A DNA stretch of 64,000 nt. It comes from Alphaproteobacteria bacterium (lineage in GTDB: Bacteria > Pseudomonadota > Alphaproteobacteria > GCA-2746255). Shown here piece after piece: positions 30,735-39,390 of this stretch. Under the pieces are notes generated by a model. That model searched no databases. It saw only the letters and a program-made list of their open reading frames with translations, and was not told the origin of the DNA. The position numbers and the translations under genes were made by a program. The stretch is taken from NCBI GenBank assembly GCA_965249135.1, contig OZ252220.1, forward strand, positions 1,376,001-1,440,000. The letters are read 5' to 3'. Within the stretch, counting starts at the first letter, position 1. Every line of letters starts with the position of its first letter.

Positions 30735-33700
30735 TCAAGGCGCGTAAGGACGAAGAAATTCCTCCTTTAATGGCATGAGGTTAGGGCCGTCCGTCCACAA
30801 CAACGCCGCGCGCGTTTCCCGCTCCGGAAAAATCTTCGAAAGTAGACTCATATATGCCGCCATCTGCCGAAGGTACATTTCCGGCGTCGCTTCCGGTGTG
30901 GCGGGTGGTTCGCGCTGCGTTTTGTAATCGACCACAAGAACCGTTTCTTCCGTGACAAGGAGTCGATCCACCTGACCGGCGATCGCCTGGCCGTTGATTT
31001 CGCCGATGATCGGCACCTCCGCACGACTGCCCGGACCAAAAAGAGGCGCGAAAGCCCCGGTCTCGAGAATGGCGAGCACTTCCTTCGCCATCGCTTGCTG
31101 GTCGTCTTGCTTCAAGGCGTGACGCTTCTCGGAGAGGTAGCTCCGACAGGCGCTCGGGCGCTCAGGCACTGCGAGTTCGGGCAGGAACTGAAGCAGGCGA
31201 TGAACGATCCGGCCGCGATGGAAGCGCTGGCCTAAGTCCTCGCCCACGGGTGAGCGGACGGCGGGCGCGCTCCCTTCCAATTTCGATGGCGTAAGCATGC
31301 GGGACGTAAGAGGCTCCGGCGGCGCCGGATGGCAAGCCCATGCCGGCAGGCCACCAACTTCGGAGACGATGGCTTCGGCGCCTCCTCCCTTGCCGGCATC
31401 TGCCTTTTGGTCTTCCTCGAACCGCAACCCCTCGCCGCCAATGGCAAGCGGGACCGGACGCATGCGCTTTTCCAGCCCCTTGGCGATGAGGTCGTACCAG
31501 CAGCCCGGCTGCCGCGGCTCCCATCCGGCGACGTAGAGACGGTCTTCGGCACGCGTCAGCGCCACGTATAAAAGACGCCGGTATTCCTGATCGCGTAGCA
31601 TGCGCTGCGCCTCGCGCGCGGCGCATGCCACCTTTTCCTCATGGGCGCGGCGCGGTACCCAGAGCGCAGCGGCAGGCGCGTCCTTCGCGCCGAGCCAGAA
31701 AAGCGGCGCATCTCTTTTCCCGGGCATCCGGCAGGTGTCGGGCAGGAAGACGATCGGCGCTTCCAATCCTTTCGCGCCATGGACCGTCATGACGCGCACC
31801 TCATCACGGTCCTGTTCGAGGTCGCGTTTTATTTCCGCTTCGCCAGCCGCAATCCAATGGAGGAAGCCTTCCATCGCGGGCGCATGCACTTTTTCGTAAG
31901 AAAGGGCGAGATTCAAGAATTCGTCGATCGGGTCGTTCACCTCGCGCCCAAGGCGGCTGATCAGATGCTCGCGTCCGCGCCCCGGACCCAAGAGCGAGGC
32001 GTAGAACTCGAAAGGTGGGACGTAATCCGCCTTTGCCAGATTCGCCGCAAGCATCGCATGGGCGACGGAAAAATCCTCGCGTTCCCCATGCCGAGCGGAC
32101 AACGCGTCCCAAAGCGACCCTTCGCGTTCATGGGCGAGATCGAAAAGCGCCGTCTCGTCCAGACCGACGAGCGGGCTTTTTAAAACGCTCGCCAAGGTCA
32201 AGTCGTCCTCCGGCAGAAGAACGAAACGGCCGAACGCGATCAGATCGCGCACGGCAAGGTAATTCGTCAGCACCAGGCGATCCGTGCCGGCCACCGGAAT
32301 ATTCTGGGCTTTCAACTCGCGTACGAGTTCCTCAAAGAAACGCTCGCGCCTGCGCACCAAGACGAGCACGTCGCCGGGACGGATCGCACGGTTGCGGGAA
32401 GGAAGCGTTTCCTTCGTATCCAGCCATTTGCGGATTTGGATCGCGATCTTTCTGGCAAGCCGTTTTTCCGGTGCGTTCGTGGGCTCTTGTTTGAGCGGCA
32501 GCGTCCAGGGCGTGACGGTGGCCTTCTTGCCCTCGGCTTCCGTGGGCCAGATTTCGACTAGACCGGCCTGGCCCGTGCGTGCGGGGTCATGTTCGATTTT
32601 TTCCCCTTCCAGGGAAACGCCATCGCGCGCCTCGCTTGTGCGAAAGATCGCATCGACCGCCTTCAGGATCACGGGCGCGGAACGAAAGGAAAGTTCGAGC
32701 GGCACGTCCCGCCATCTTTCGGCCGCCGCCTGCACGCGGGCCGCAAAATGATCGCGCATCTCTCCGAAAGAGCGTGGATCGGCGCGCTGAAAACTGAAGA
32801 TCGATTGCTTGACGTCGCCGACCGCAAAGACGGTGCGGTGCGCCTCTCTGGCGCCGGCGCCGGTGAAGAATTCCGACGCCAGGCTGGCAATCACCCGCCA
32901 CTGGTCGGGATTCGTATCCTGCGCCTCGTCCACCAGGATGTGATCGATGCCGCCATCGAGCTTGAAAAGCACCCAGGGCGCAATTCCCTCGCGTTCCAAA
33001 AGGCGCCGCGCTTCTAAAATGAGGTCGTCGTAATCGAGAAGGGCGGCCTTCCGTTTCAAGGCGTCGTAAGCCTCGAGAAGGGCGCGGCCGAGATGCAGGA
33101 GGGCGGCGGTTGCCGCGACCAGGATCGTTGCGTTCCGTTTTTCTCGTACGATTTCGAGACGGTCGGCCTCTACCGCCAGGATGTCTGCCGCGCCCGGGCA
33201 GCGTTTCAACGTTTCGACGGTGACGAGCTTTTTGAACCGTTTCCCTGCGCCGCCTTCCGTAAAGAAGGCGCCGAGATAGGCATCGAAGGTCGCGACCCGT
33301 TTATCCGGCGTCGTGAGCCAGGCTTGGATCGTCTCGCCATGCGCACGATCGGTCTTGCCACCTTCGCACAAAGCCGCGGCGACGGCACGCAGCGCCTTGC
33401 CGTCGAAGGCCGTCTTCTTCGCGGCCTTTTCCAGAATCATCGCTTCGTCTTCGTCCGGCTTGAGGCCCAAACGCTCGCGCGCCGCCGCCGCCATGCCATC
33501 GGGCCCGCCATGGCGGAGTAGGCCGCGGCGAAGCTTTCCCTGCTCCTTGAGTAGCGCGTCCAGCACCTCTTTAAACGTCCTTTCGGCCACATTGGCGGTC
33601 ACGGTTTCAAGGGCACGGGTAAGTTCCGAATCCTTCCCTTCGCTCGCCTGCCAGAAAACGTCCTCACGCGCATCGCACAGCAATTCGGCGGCGGTGCGTT

Positions 33701-34139
33701 CGTCCATCACGGTAAAGTGCGGCACCACCCTTGCCTCCACCGGAAACCGCGCCAGGAGGGACTCGCAAAAGCTGTGGATCGTTTGAATCTTCAAGCCCCC
33801 CGGCACGTCGAGGGTCCTGGTAAAAAGCCGCCGCGCTTCGTCCAGGTCTTCCGCCGCCGCCGGCGTGCCGCGCAAGCGAAGCAACGTCTTGGCAAGCCGA
33901 CCATCCTCCATGCGCGCCCATTTCCCCAGTTCCTCGTAAAGGCGGGTCGCCATCTCGGCGGCGGCCGCCTTCGTGAAGGTGAGACAGAGAATGCGCGAAG
34001 GAGCGGTTCCGTCGAGGAGAAGGCGCAGCACGCGATCCGTCAACACGCGGGTCTTGCCGGTGCCGGCGTTCGCACGCACCCAGACGGAAATTTCCGGGTT
34101 TGCCGCCGTCAGCTGGTTCGTCGTTTTCGTTTCCGTCAC
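30735..34139 (-). CDS. addA: Double-strand break repair helicase/nuclease AddA
   Basis: ANAGTGKT, DEAQD, TVHGAKGLE, C-terminal nuclease VDRL...VDYKT; GTGA overlap with addB. Confidence 0.95.
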   Translation of the reverse strand: MTETKTTNQLTAANPEISVWVRANAGTGKTRVLTDRVLRLLLDGTAPSRILCLTFTKAAAAEMATRLYEELGKWARMEDGRLAKTLLRLRGTPAAAEDLDEARRLFTRTLDVPGGLKIQTIHSFCESLLARFPVEARVVPHFTVMDERTAAELLCDAREDVFWQASEGKDSELTRALETVTANVAERTFKEVLDALLKEQGKLRRGLLRHGGPDGMAAAARERLGLKPDEDEAMILEKAAKKTAFDGKALRAVAAALCEGGKTDRAHGETIQAWLTTPDKRVATFDAYLGAFFTEGGAGKRFKKLVTVETLKRCPGAADILAVEADRLEIVREKRNATILVAATAALLHLGRALLEAYDALKRKAALLDYDDLILEARRLLEREGIAPWVLFKLDGGIDHILVDEAQDTNPDQWRVIASLASEFFTGAGAREAHRTVFAVGDVKQSIFSFQRADPRSFGEMRDHFAARVQAAAERWRDVPLELSFRSAPVILKAVDAIFRTSEARDGVSLEGEKIEHDPARTGQAGLVEIWPTEAEGKKATVTPWTLPLKQEPTNAPEKRLARKIAIQIRKWLDTKETLPSRNRAIRPGDVLVLVRRRERFFEELVRELKAQNIPVAGTDRLVLTNYLAVRDLIAFGRFVLLPEDDLTLASVLKSPLVGLDETALFDLAHEREGSLWDALSARHGEREDFSVAHAMLAANLAKADYVPPFEFYASLLGPGRGREHLISRLGREVNDPIDEFLNLALSYEKVHAPAMEGFLHWIAAGEAEIKRDLEQDRDEVRVMTVHGAKGLEAPIVFLPDTCRMPGKRDAPLFWLGAKDAPAAALWVPRRAHEEKVACAAREAQRMLRDQEYRRLLYVALTRAEDRLYVAGWEPRQPGCWYDLIAKGLEKRMRPVPLAIGGEGLRFEEDQKADAGKGGGAEAIVSEVGGLPAWACHPAPPEPLTSRMLTPSKLEGSAPAVRSPVGEDLGQRFHRGRIVHRLLQFLPELAVPERPSACRSYLSEKRHALKQDDQQAMAKEVLAILETGAFAPLFGPGSRAEVPIIGEINGQAIAGQVDRLLVTEETVLVVDYKTQREPPATPEATPEMYLRQMAAYMSLLSKIFPERETRAALLWTDGPNLMPLKEEFLRPYAP

Positions 34140-37096
34140 GAGGCGTCCTCCTCGCGCAAATCCGTCCATTCCTGCACCCGGGCCAGATGTTCGTAGGCGC
34201 TGTAGGCGGGTGCCGCGTCGGGCCGGGGTTCGGAAAGGTAGGGGACATCCGGATCCTCGAAGGCGTCGATTAGACGCCGCAGCCCCTCTCTGGCTTCGGC
34301 CACCAGCGCATCCGGGTCTTTCGACGCGCGAACCATGCCCGGTGGTGCGCCGCCGCTCAGTTGGAAATAAAGCAGCTTGCGGACCGTTTCCCCGGATACG
34401 CCCTTAAACCCGCCCGCCTCGGCGATCACGGCTTCCAGAGCAAGCTGCGGGGAAAGCCCCGCCTTCATGTCCTCAACTTTCGGCAACGCGCCGGTCTTGT
34501 AATCGATGATCGAAAGCCCGCCATCGACGATGCGATCGATCCGATCCGCCGCAGCACTCAAGGTAAAGTCGCCGCCGGGGCTTGCGAGGGTGAACACCCC
34601 GTTTGCTTCCGTTTCCGAACCAAGGATGCGTTCGCAGCGGTGGCGTTCCATGTCGACAAACCAATCGGCAATGCGCACGAAGCGCGGCCACCAGAAGGCG
34701 GCAACGCCCGGATAGGAAAGCGCAGCACCGAATTCCTTCCGCCCGATTTTCAAAAGTCTTTCGAGCGCATCCTTCGGCAGGCCGTCCGGATAGGCGCGCA
34801 CGAAACGGTCGAGGGCGGCATGGATGAACCGGCCGCGATCCGCAGCACCCGGGTCCGCGTCGATCGGATCGAGCGGCTTAAGCTTCAAGACGTGGCGGGC
34901 GTAGATCGCGTAAGGGTCCCGCATCCAGGTCTCAATGGCCGTCACGGACAATTGACGCGGCCGCGCAGTCAAGGAAGGTCTCGGTTCCGGTGGAGAGATA
35001 GGGTGAATCGCGGACGGTTGATGGAGAAATTCACGCCAACGCAACAGGTCCTTCGCCTCGACCGTATCGCCGGAACCGGCGATGCTTTCCATGCGAAGCA
35101 GCCAGCGCGACGGCACCGTCGGTGTGCCGTCGACGCGGCTTGCGCGCGTGAGTACGACGCGCGGGGCGGCTAAGCTTTGCGCAAAATCATGGGCGGAAAG
35201 GCCGATGCGGCGTTCCGGCAATGGCAGCCCGAACGCGGTGCGCATCGGACGGCTCATCCAGGGATCGGGTTGCGTCTCCGGCGGCCAGGTGCCTTCGTTG
35301 AGGCCGCCGAGGATCATGAGGTCCGCATGCTGCAGACGCGCCTCAAGGGGACCCAGGATGCTGATGCGCGGATGCTGGCCCAGATGGGGACGAACGACGT
35401 GGCCTGAGAGAAGGGATTCGAAAAGGGCGCCATAGGCGGCCGGGTGGACCTGCGGAAAGCCGCGCGCCGCCTGACGAAGATCGGCGATGAAGTCGGCCAG
35501 CGCCTCGCCGGCCTCGTCGGCCCAAAGGCGCCGGCCGGCCGTATCCTCGGGCGTCGCGGCGAGCGCTTCCGAAAAAGCGACATGGAGATCGAGAAGATCC
35601 GTGAGACGCGCGGAGCGCCGCGCCATCGCGCTCGCAAACGCCTTCGCCGCCGCCTCGGTTTCCAAGAGCCACGCCTCAAGCGCATCCGTTTCTTTTTGTT
35701 TGGCGCCTTTCAACGCCCGCTTCAGACCTTCAAAACCGGGCGCCGGGCGGGGTCCCCGGAGGATCGCGCGTTCGAGCCGGCGAGTTAATGTACAAAACCG
35801 GGCTGGGTTCAACCCGCCGGCCGCAAGCGGGTGTTTGAAACAAGCCAGCAGCGCCACCGGCGCCATCTTTTCCATCATCAGCCGCACGGTAAGGCGCAGG
35901 AAGGTGCCGGGCGGGGTGGCGTCAAGGGGTGTGCCGCCCGAATCGTCCACCTCGATCTCCCACCGGCGAAGTTCGGCGGCAACCCGGCGTGCAAGCTTGC
36001 GGTCCGGCGTCACGAGGGCGGCGCGGACGTCCGTCTCCTCAAGGGCGCGGCGAAGAAGAAGTGCGATGGCGCCTGCCTCTTCCGTCGGGTCCTGGCATTC
36101 GACACGCAGCACGTCTTTAAGCGCCGCGGTGAAATTGGATTTCAAGCGATGCCAGTGATGCGTCGTTTCGGCGGGCCGCATGAGTTCGGAGATGAGTTCG
36201 GCGCGCGCCGGAGGGCTTTCCGATGCGCCGTGGCCCGGCCAATCGCGAACGTGTTTGCGTGCGATGCCGAGCCCATCGAGCAACTGCTTCAGACCGAACT
36301 GGGGATGGGTGAAGTCCATCGCCTCCCAACTTTCCGCGTCCATGTGGCGATCGAGGCTGGGCAGGATCAGCCGGCCCCGCGGCAGGTTGGCGATGACTTT
36401 TAAAAGATCGGTCGTCGCCGGGATGCTGCCGGTCGAGCCGGCGGCGAGGATTGGCGTTTTCGGCGGGACGCGTTGCCAAGCCGCCGCCTGCGCCTCGAGC
36501 AGGCGGTTGCGGCGGGCAGCGGGATCGATGCAGCCTTCCTCGGCCAGGATCGCCGGCCAATGTTCGGTCAGGATCTGCAGGAAGGCGAGCGTCTCCTGCC
36601 AGTGGGCTGCGCAATCTTCCGGCACCAAGGCGGCTAGGCCTTCGAAGGAAAGGCGCTCGGTTTCGACCCGATCGAGAAAACGGGCAAGCTCCGCCGCCAG
36701 GTAGGCGGCCTGATCCGGACTGGGCGGGCTTGCGCCGGACCGCAGGTTTAAGCCCTTGTGAAGAATGAGCTCGCTCAAAAGCAGGCGGCGCCGGAGTTCC
36801 GGGATGGCCGGCGGAAGCTTCGCTTCACTTTCCGGGAAGATGCCCTCGTAAAACTGCAGCTCTTCTTCATCCACGTCGCCGATCGGCGTCATGATGGGAA
36901 GCAGCGTTGGTTTGCCTCCGTTCAAGCGAAGGAAGGCTTCGCGAAGCGAGCGCACGGCACGGCGTGTCGGCAACAGGATGCGGGCGTCGGAAAGGGCGAA
37001 GGGTTCATCGCCGACCTCGTCCAGAAGACCGGCGGCAAGCGCATCGACGAAAGCCGTGCCCGACGGGATCGTGAAGACGTGGGGCCGCTCGGTCAT
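34136..37096 (-). CDS. addB: Double-strand break repair protein AddB
   Basis: LLPTRRA, AGSTGSIPAT, LNEGTWP, RDPYAIYA, ADRID...IIDYKTG. Confidence 0.95.
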   Translation of the reverse strand: MTERPHVFTIPSGTAFVDALAAGLLDEVGDEPFALSDARILLPTRRAVRSLREAFLRLNGGKPTLLPIMTPIGDVDEEELQFYEGIFPESEAKLPPAIPELRRRLLLSELILHKGLNLRSGASPPSPDQAAYLAAELARFLDRVETERLSFEGLAALVPEDCAAHWQETLAFLQILTEHWPAILAEEGCIDPAARRNRLLEAQAAAWQRVPPKTPILAAGSTGSIPATTDLLKVIANLPRGRLILPSLDRHMDAESWEAMDFTHPQFGLKQLLDGLGIARKHVRDWPGHGASESPPARAELISELMRPAETTHHWHRLKSNFTAALKDVLRVECQDPTEEAGAIALLLRRALEETDVRAALVTPDRKLARRVAAELRRWEIEVDDSGGTPLDATPPGTFLRLTVRLMMEKMAPVALLACFKHPLAAGGLNPARFCTLTRRLERAILRGPRPAPGFEGLKRALKGAKQKETDALEAWLLETEAAAKAFASAMARRSARLTDLLDLHVAFSEALAATPEDTAGRRLWADEAGEALADFIADLRQAARGFPQVHPAAYGALFESLLSGHVVRPHLGQHPRISILGPLEARLQHADLMILGGLNEGTWPPETQPDPWMSRPMRTAFGLPLPERRIGLSAHDFAQSLAAPRVVLTRASRVDGTPTVPSRWLLRMESIAGSGDTVEAKDLLRWREFLHQPSAIHPISPPEPRPSLTARPRQLSVTAIETWMRDPYAIYARHVLKLKPLDPIDADPGAADRGRFIHAALDRFVRAYPDGLPKDALERLLKIGRKEFGAALSYPGVAAFWWPRFVRIADWFVDMERHRCERILGSETEANGVFTLASPGGDFTLSAAADRIDRIVDGGLSIIDYKTGALPKVEDMKAGLSPQLALEAVIAEAGGFKGVSGETVRKLLYFQLSGGAPPGMVRASKDPDALVAEAREGLRRLIDAFEDPDVPYLSEPRPDAAPAYSAYEHLARVQEWTDLREEDAS

Positions 37097-37815
37097 GCGG
37101 GATTTTCCTGAAACCTCGCTTCGGCCAGCTCCAAACCCTCCATCGTGCCGATGTGATACCAGGCCCCTTCATGGGCGAGCCCGAAAAGGCGCCCCGTGGA
37201 AAGGGCCCGGTCATAGAGGAGGTTGAGGGAAAAGCGCCCCTTCGGGCTTGCCGCGAAGAGCCTTGGGTGGAGCAGTTGAATGCCGGTGAAAACGAAGGGC
37301 GCGGTGGCCGGGCGCTTGCGTTCGAGATGGCCGGTTTCATCCATTTCGAAATCGCCCTTGCCATCGTAGCCGGAGGCGCGTGCGAGGGGGTGAACGAGAA
37401 GCAGCCCATCCATCGTCGCATCGTCCCATGCCTGGGCGAGCCTTGAAAGGGCGGGGCGCCCTGCGTCCTGCCAAAGCACGTCGCCATTCACGACGAAGAA
37501 GGGTTCGTTTTCAAAATGCGAAAGCGCATTCAGAAGACCGCCGCCGGTTTCCAAAAGTTCCGCTTCCTCGGAATAGAGGATCCGAACGTCGTCACGTTCG
37601 TTTAAGTGTTCGTGGATCTTCTCACCCAGATAGTGCAGGTTCACGACGACGTCTTCGATACCGGCTTCCATCAAACGATCCAGCGTGCGATCGAGAAGCG
37701 TGCGTCCTGCAATCGCAAGAAGCGGCTTGGGCGAGGTATCGGAAAAGGGTTTCAGCCGCCGCCCCCTTCCTGCCGCCAGCACCATGGCGCGCCTTGGTTT
37801 CGCCGGTACCGTCAT
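37093..37815 (-). CDS. murU: Nucleotidyltransferase, MurU-like
   Basis: AMVLAAGRG..PKPLL, LETGGG, VNGD; follows an AmgK-like gene. Confidence 0.8.
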   Translation of the reverse strand: MTVPAKPRRAMVLAAGRGRRLKPFSDTSPKPLLAIAGRTLLDRTLDRLMEAGIEDVVVNLHYLGEKIHEHLNERDDVRILYSEEAELLETGGGLLNALSHFENEPFFVVNGDVLWQDAGRPALSRLAQAWDDATMDGLLLVHPLARASGYDGKGDFEMDETGHLERKRPATAPFVFTGIQLLHPRLFAASPKGRFSLNLLYDRALSTGRLFGLAHEGAWYHIGTMEGLELAEARFQENPA

Positions 37816-38825
37816 GGGGCCAAGGCCTTCGGCGGTGCCTTGCGAAGCAAAGCCGGGACGTTCGCATCCAGCCACGCGGCCAGCGGCCCAAGTGCCGGTT
37901 CCATCACATTCGCTTCGAGAAGCCGCCACACGCGGGGGAGATGGGCAAGGTAGACCGGCTTTTCGTCCCGCCGGAAGAGACGCGTGAAGATGCCAATCAC
38001 CTTGCAATGCCGTTGCGCACCCAGGATGGCAATGGACCGGGCGAAGGCTTTCACGTCCAGATCGGGGAAGTGGGCGAGGTAACGCTGCTTCATGCGTTCG
38101 ACAAGATCGGGTGCAAGATCGCGCCGTGCGTCTTCGAGAAGCGAGACGACGTCGTAGGTGACCGGCCCGCGGACTGCGTCTTGGAAATCGAGTAGCCCGC
38201 AGGCACGTATACCTTCGCGTTCGGGCACCAGCAGAAGATTATCCACGTGGTAGTCGCGAAGGACGAGGGTTTCCGGAACCTCGCGCGCGCGTTCAAGCAG
38301 CGGCGGCCAAAGGGCGGCAAAAGTCTCGCGCACGGCATCCTTCGTCGCCTCGCCGGTCACCGTTGGCAGGAACCAATCCGTAAGCAGCAGGGCCTCGTCG
38401 AGAAAGCGCGCGTCCGTATAGGCCGGAAGATCCGAAGGTGCCGCCGTCTCAAGGGGGCGGGTATGCAGATCGACGAGAAGATCGATCGCCAATTCGTAAA
38501 GGGGCTCCTCCCTGTCACCTTGGCTAAGCACCTGAGTATAGGTCGCCTCGCCCAAGTCTTCGAGAAGAAGAAAACCGGCTTTCTCATCGGCGGCGAAAAT
38601 TTCCGGCGCGCTATAACCAAGCCCACGCAGATGGCGGGTCATCCGGAGGAACGGCTGAATGTCCTCGTGTTCCGGCGGCGCATCCATGAGCACGAAGTGC
38701 CTTTCCTTGTCCTTCACACGGGAATAGCGACGAAAGGAGGCGTCGCCTACAAGGGGCGTCACCATGGCCGCGCCCAATCCTTGCGCCTCAAGAAAGGCGT
38801 GCGTGCGTTCGGCCCGCTCAGGCAT
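37812..38825 (-). CDS. amgK: Aminoglycoside-phosphotransferase-family kinase, AmgK-like
   Basis: GDASFRRY, LMDAPP, LEDLG, RDYHVDNL, LDFQDA. Confidence 0.82.
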   Translation of the reverse strand: MPERAERTHAFLEAQGLGAAMVTPLVGDASFRRYSRVKDKERHFVLMDAPPEHEDIQPFLRMTRHLRGLGYSAPEIFAADEKAGFLLLEDLGEATYTQVLSQGDREEPLYELAIDLLVDLHTRPLETAAPSDLPAYTDARFLDEALLLTDWFLPTVTGEATKDAVRETFAALWPPLLERAREVPETLVLRDYHVDNLLLVPEREGIRACGLLDFQDAVRGPVTYDVVSLLEDARRDLAPDLVERMKQRYLAHFPDLDVKAFARSIAILGAQRHCKVIGIFTRLFRRDEKPVYLAHLPRVWRLLEANVMEPALGPLAAWLDANVPALLRKAPPKALAP

Positions 38826-39327
38826 CGGCTTTGATGGAAGACCGAAGGGCTTCCATGCGTTCCGCCCAGCTTCCGTGGCCCATCAGGATGACATGGCGCG
38901 CATGCTCATTCGCGGCGCCTTGCGTCAACATGAGGTCGAGGCGGTCCTTGGGCAGCCAGCGCCCGAGGCGACCTGGCCATTCGATGAGGGAAACCCCTTC
39001 CGCGAAGGCGTCCTCGATGCCAAGCTCGAGCGCATCTTCGGGCTTGGCAAGCCGATAAAGATCGAAATGCCAAATGGGCAGGCCCGCCACGTCATAGACT
39101 TGCGCAAGGGTGAAGGTAGGTGACGGCACGTCTTCCGTCGCCTGGCCCTCGCGAGCATGAATGAAGGCGCGGGCAAAGGTCGTCTTGCCGGCGCCAAGCT
39201 CGCCGCCAAGCCCGATCACGTCGCCGCGTCGAACCAGGCCGGCGACGGTGCGGGCGAGCGCTTGGGTCGCCGCAAGGTCGGCGAGTTCCAGCTCCAGCAT
39301 TCGGCTTTGGGGACCCTTCTCGGCCAT
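38818..39327 (-). CDS. tsaE: tRNA threonylcarbamoyladenosine biosynthesis ATPase TsaE
   Basis: GELGAGKTT, VPSPTFTL, HFDLYRL, IEWP. Confidence 0.95.
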   Translation of the reverse strand: MAEKGPQSRMLELELADLAATQALARTVAGLVRRGDVIGLGGELGAGKTTFARAFIHAREGQATEDVPSPTFTLAQVYDVAGLPIWHFDLYRLAKPEDALELGIEDAFAEGVSLIEWPGRLGRWLPKDRLDLMLTQGAANEHARHVILMGHGSWAERMEALRSSIKADA

Positions 39328-39390
39328 TCGTCCGTTTGTAGCGGTGGTGCTCCCCGCCCGCAACCGGCGGCTGGCAAACGGCGGGAGACG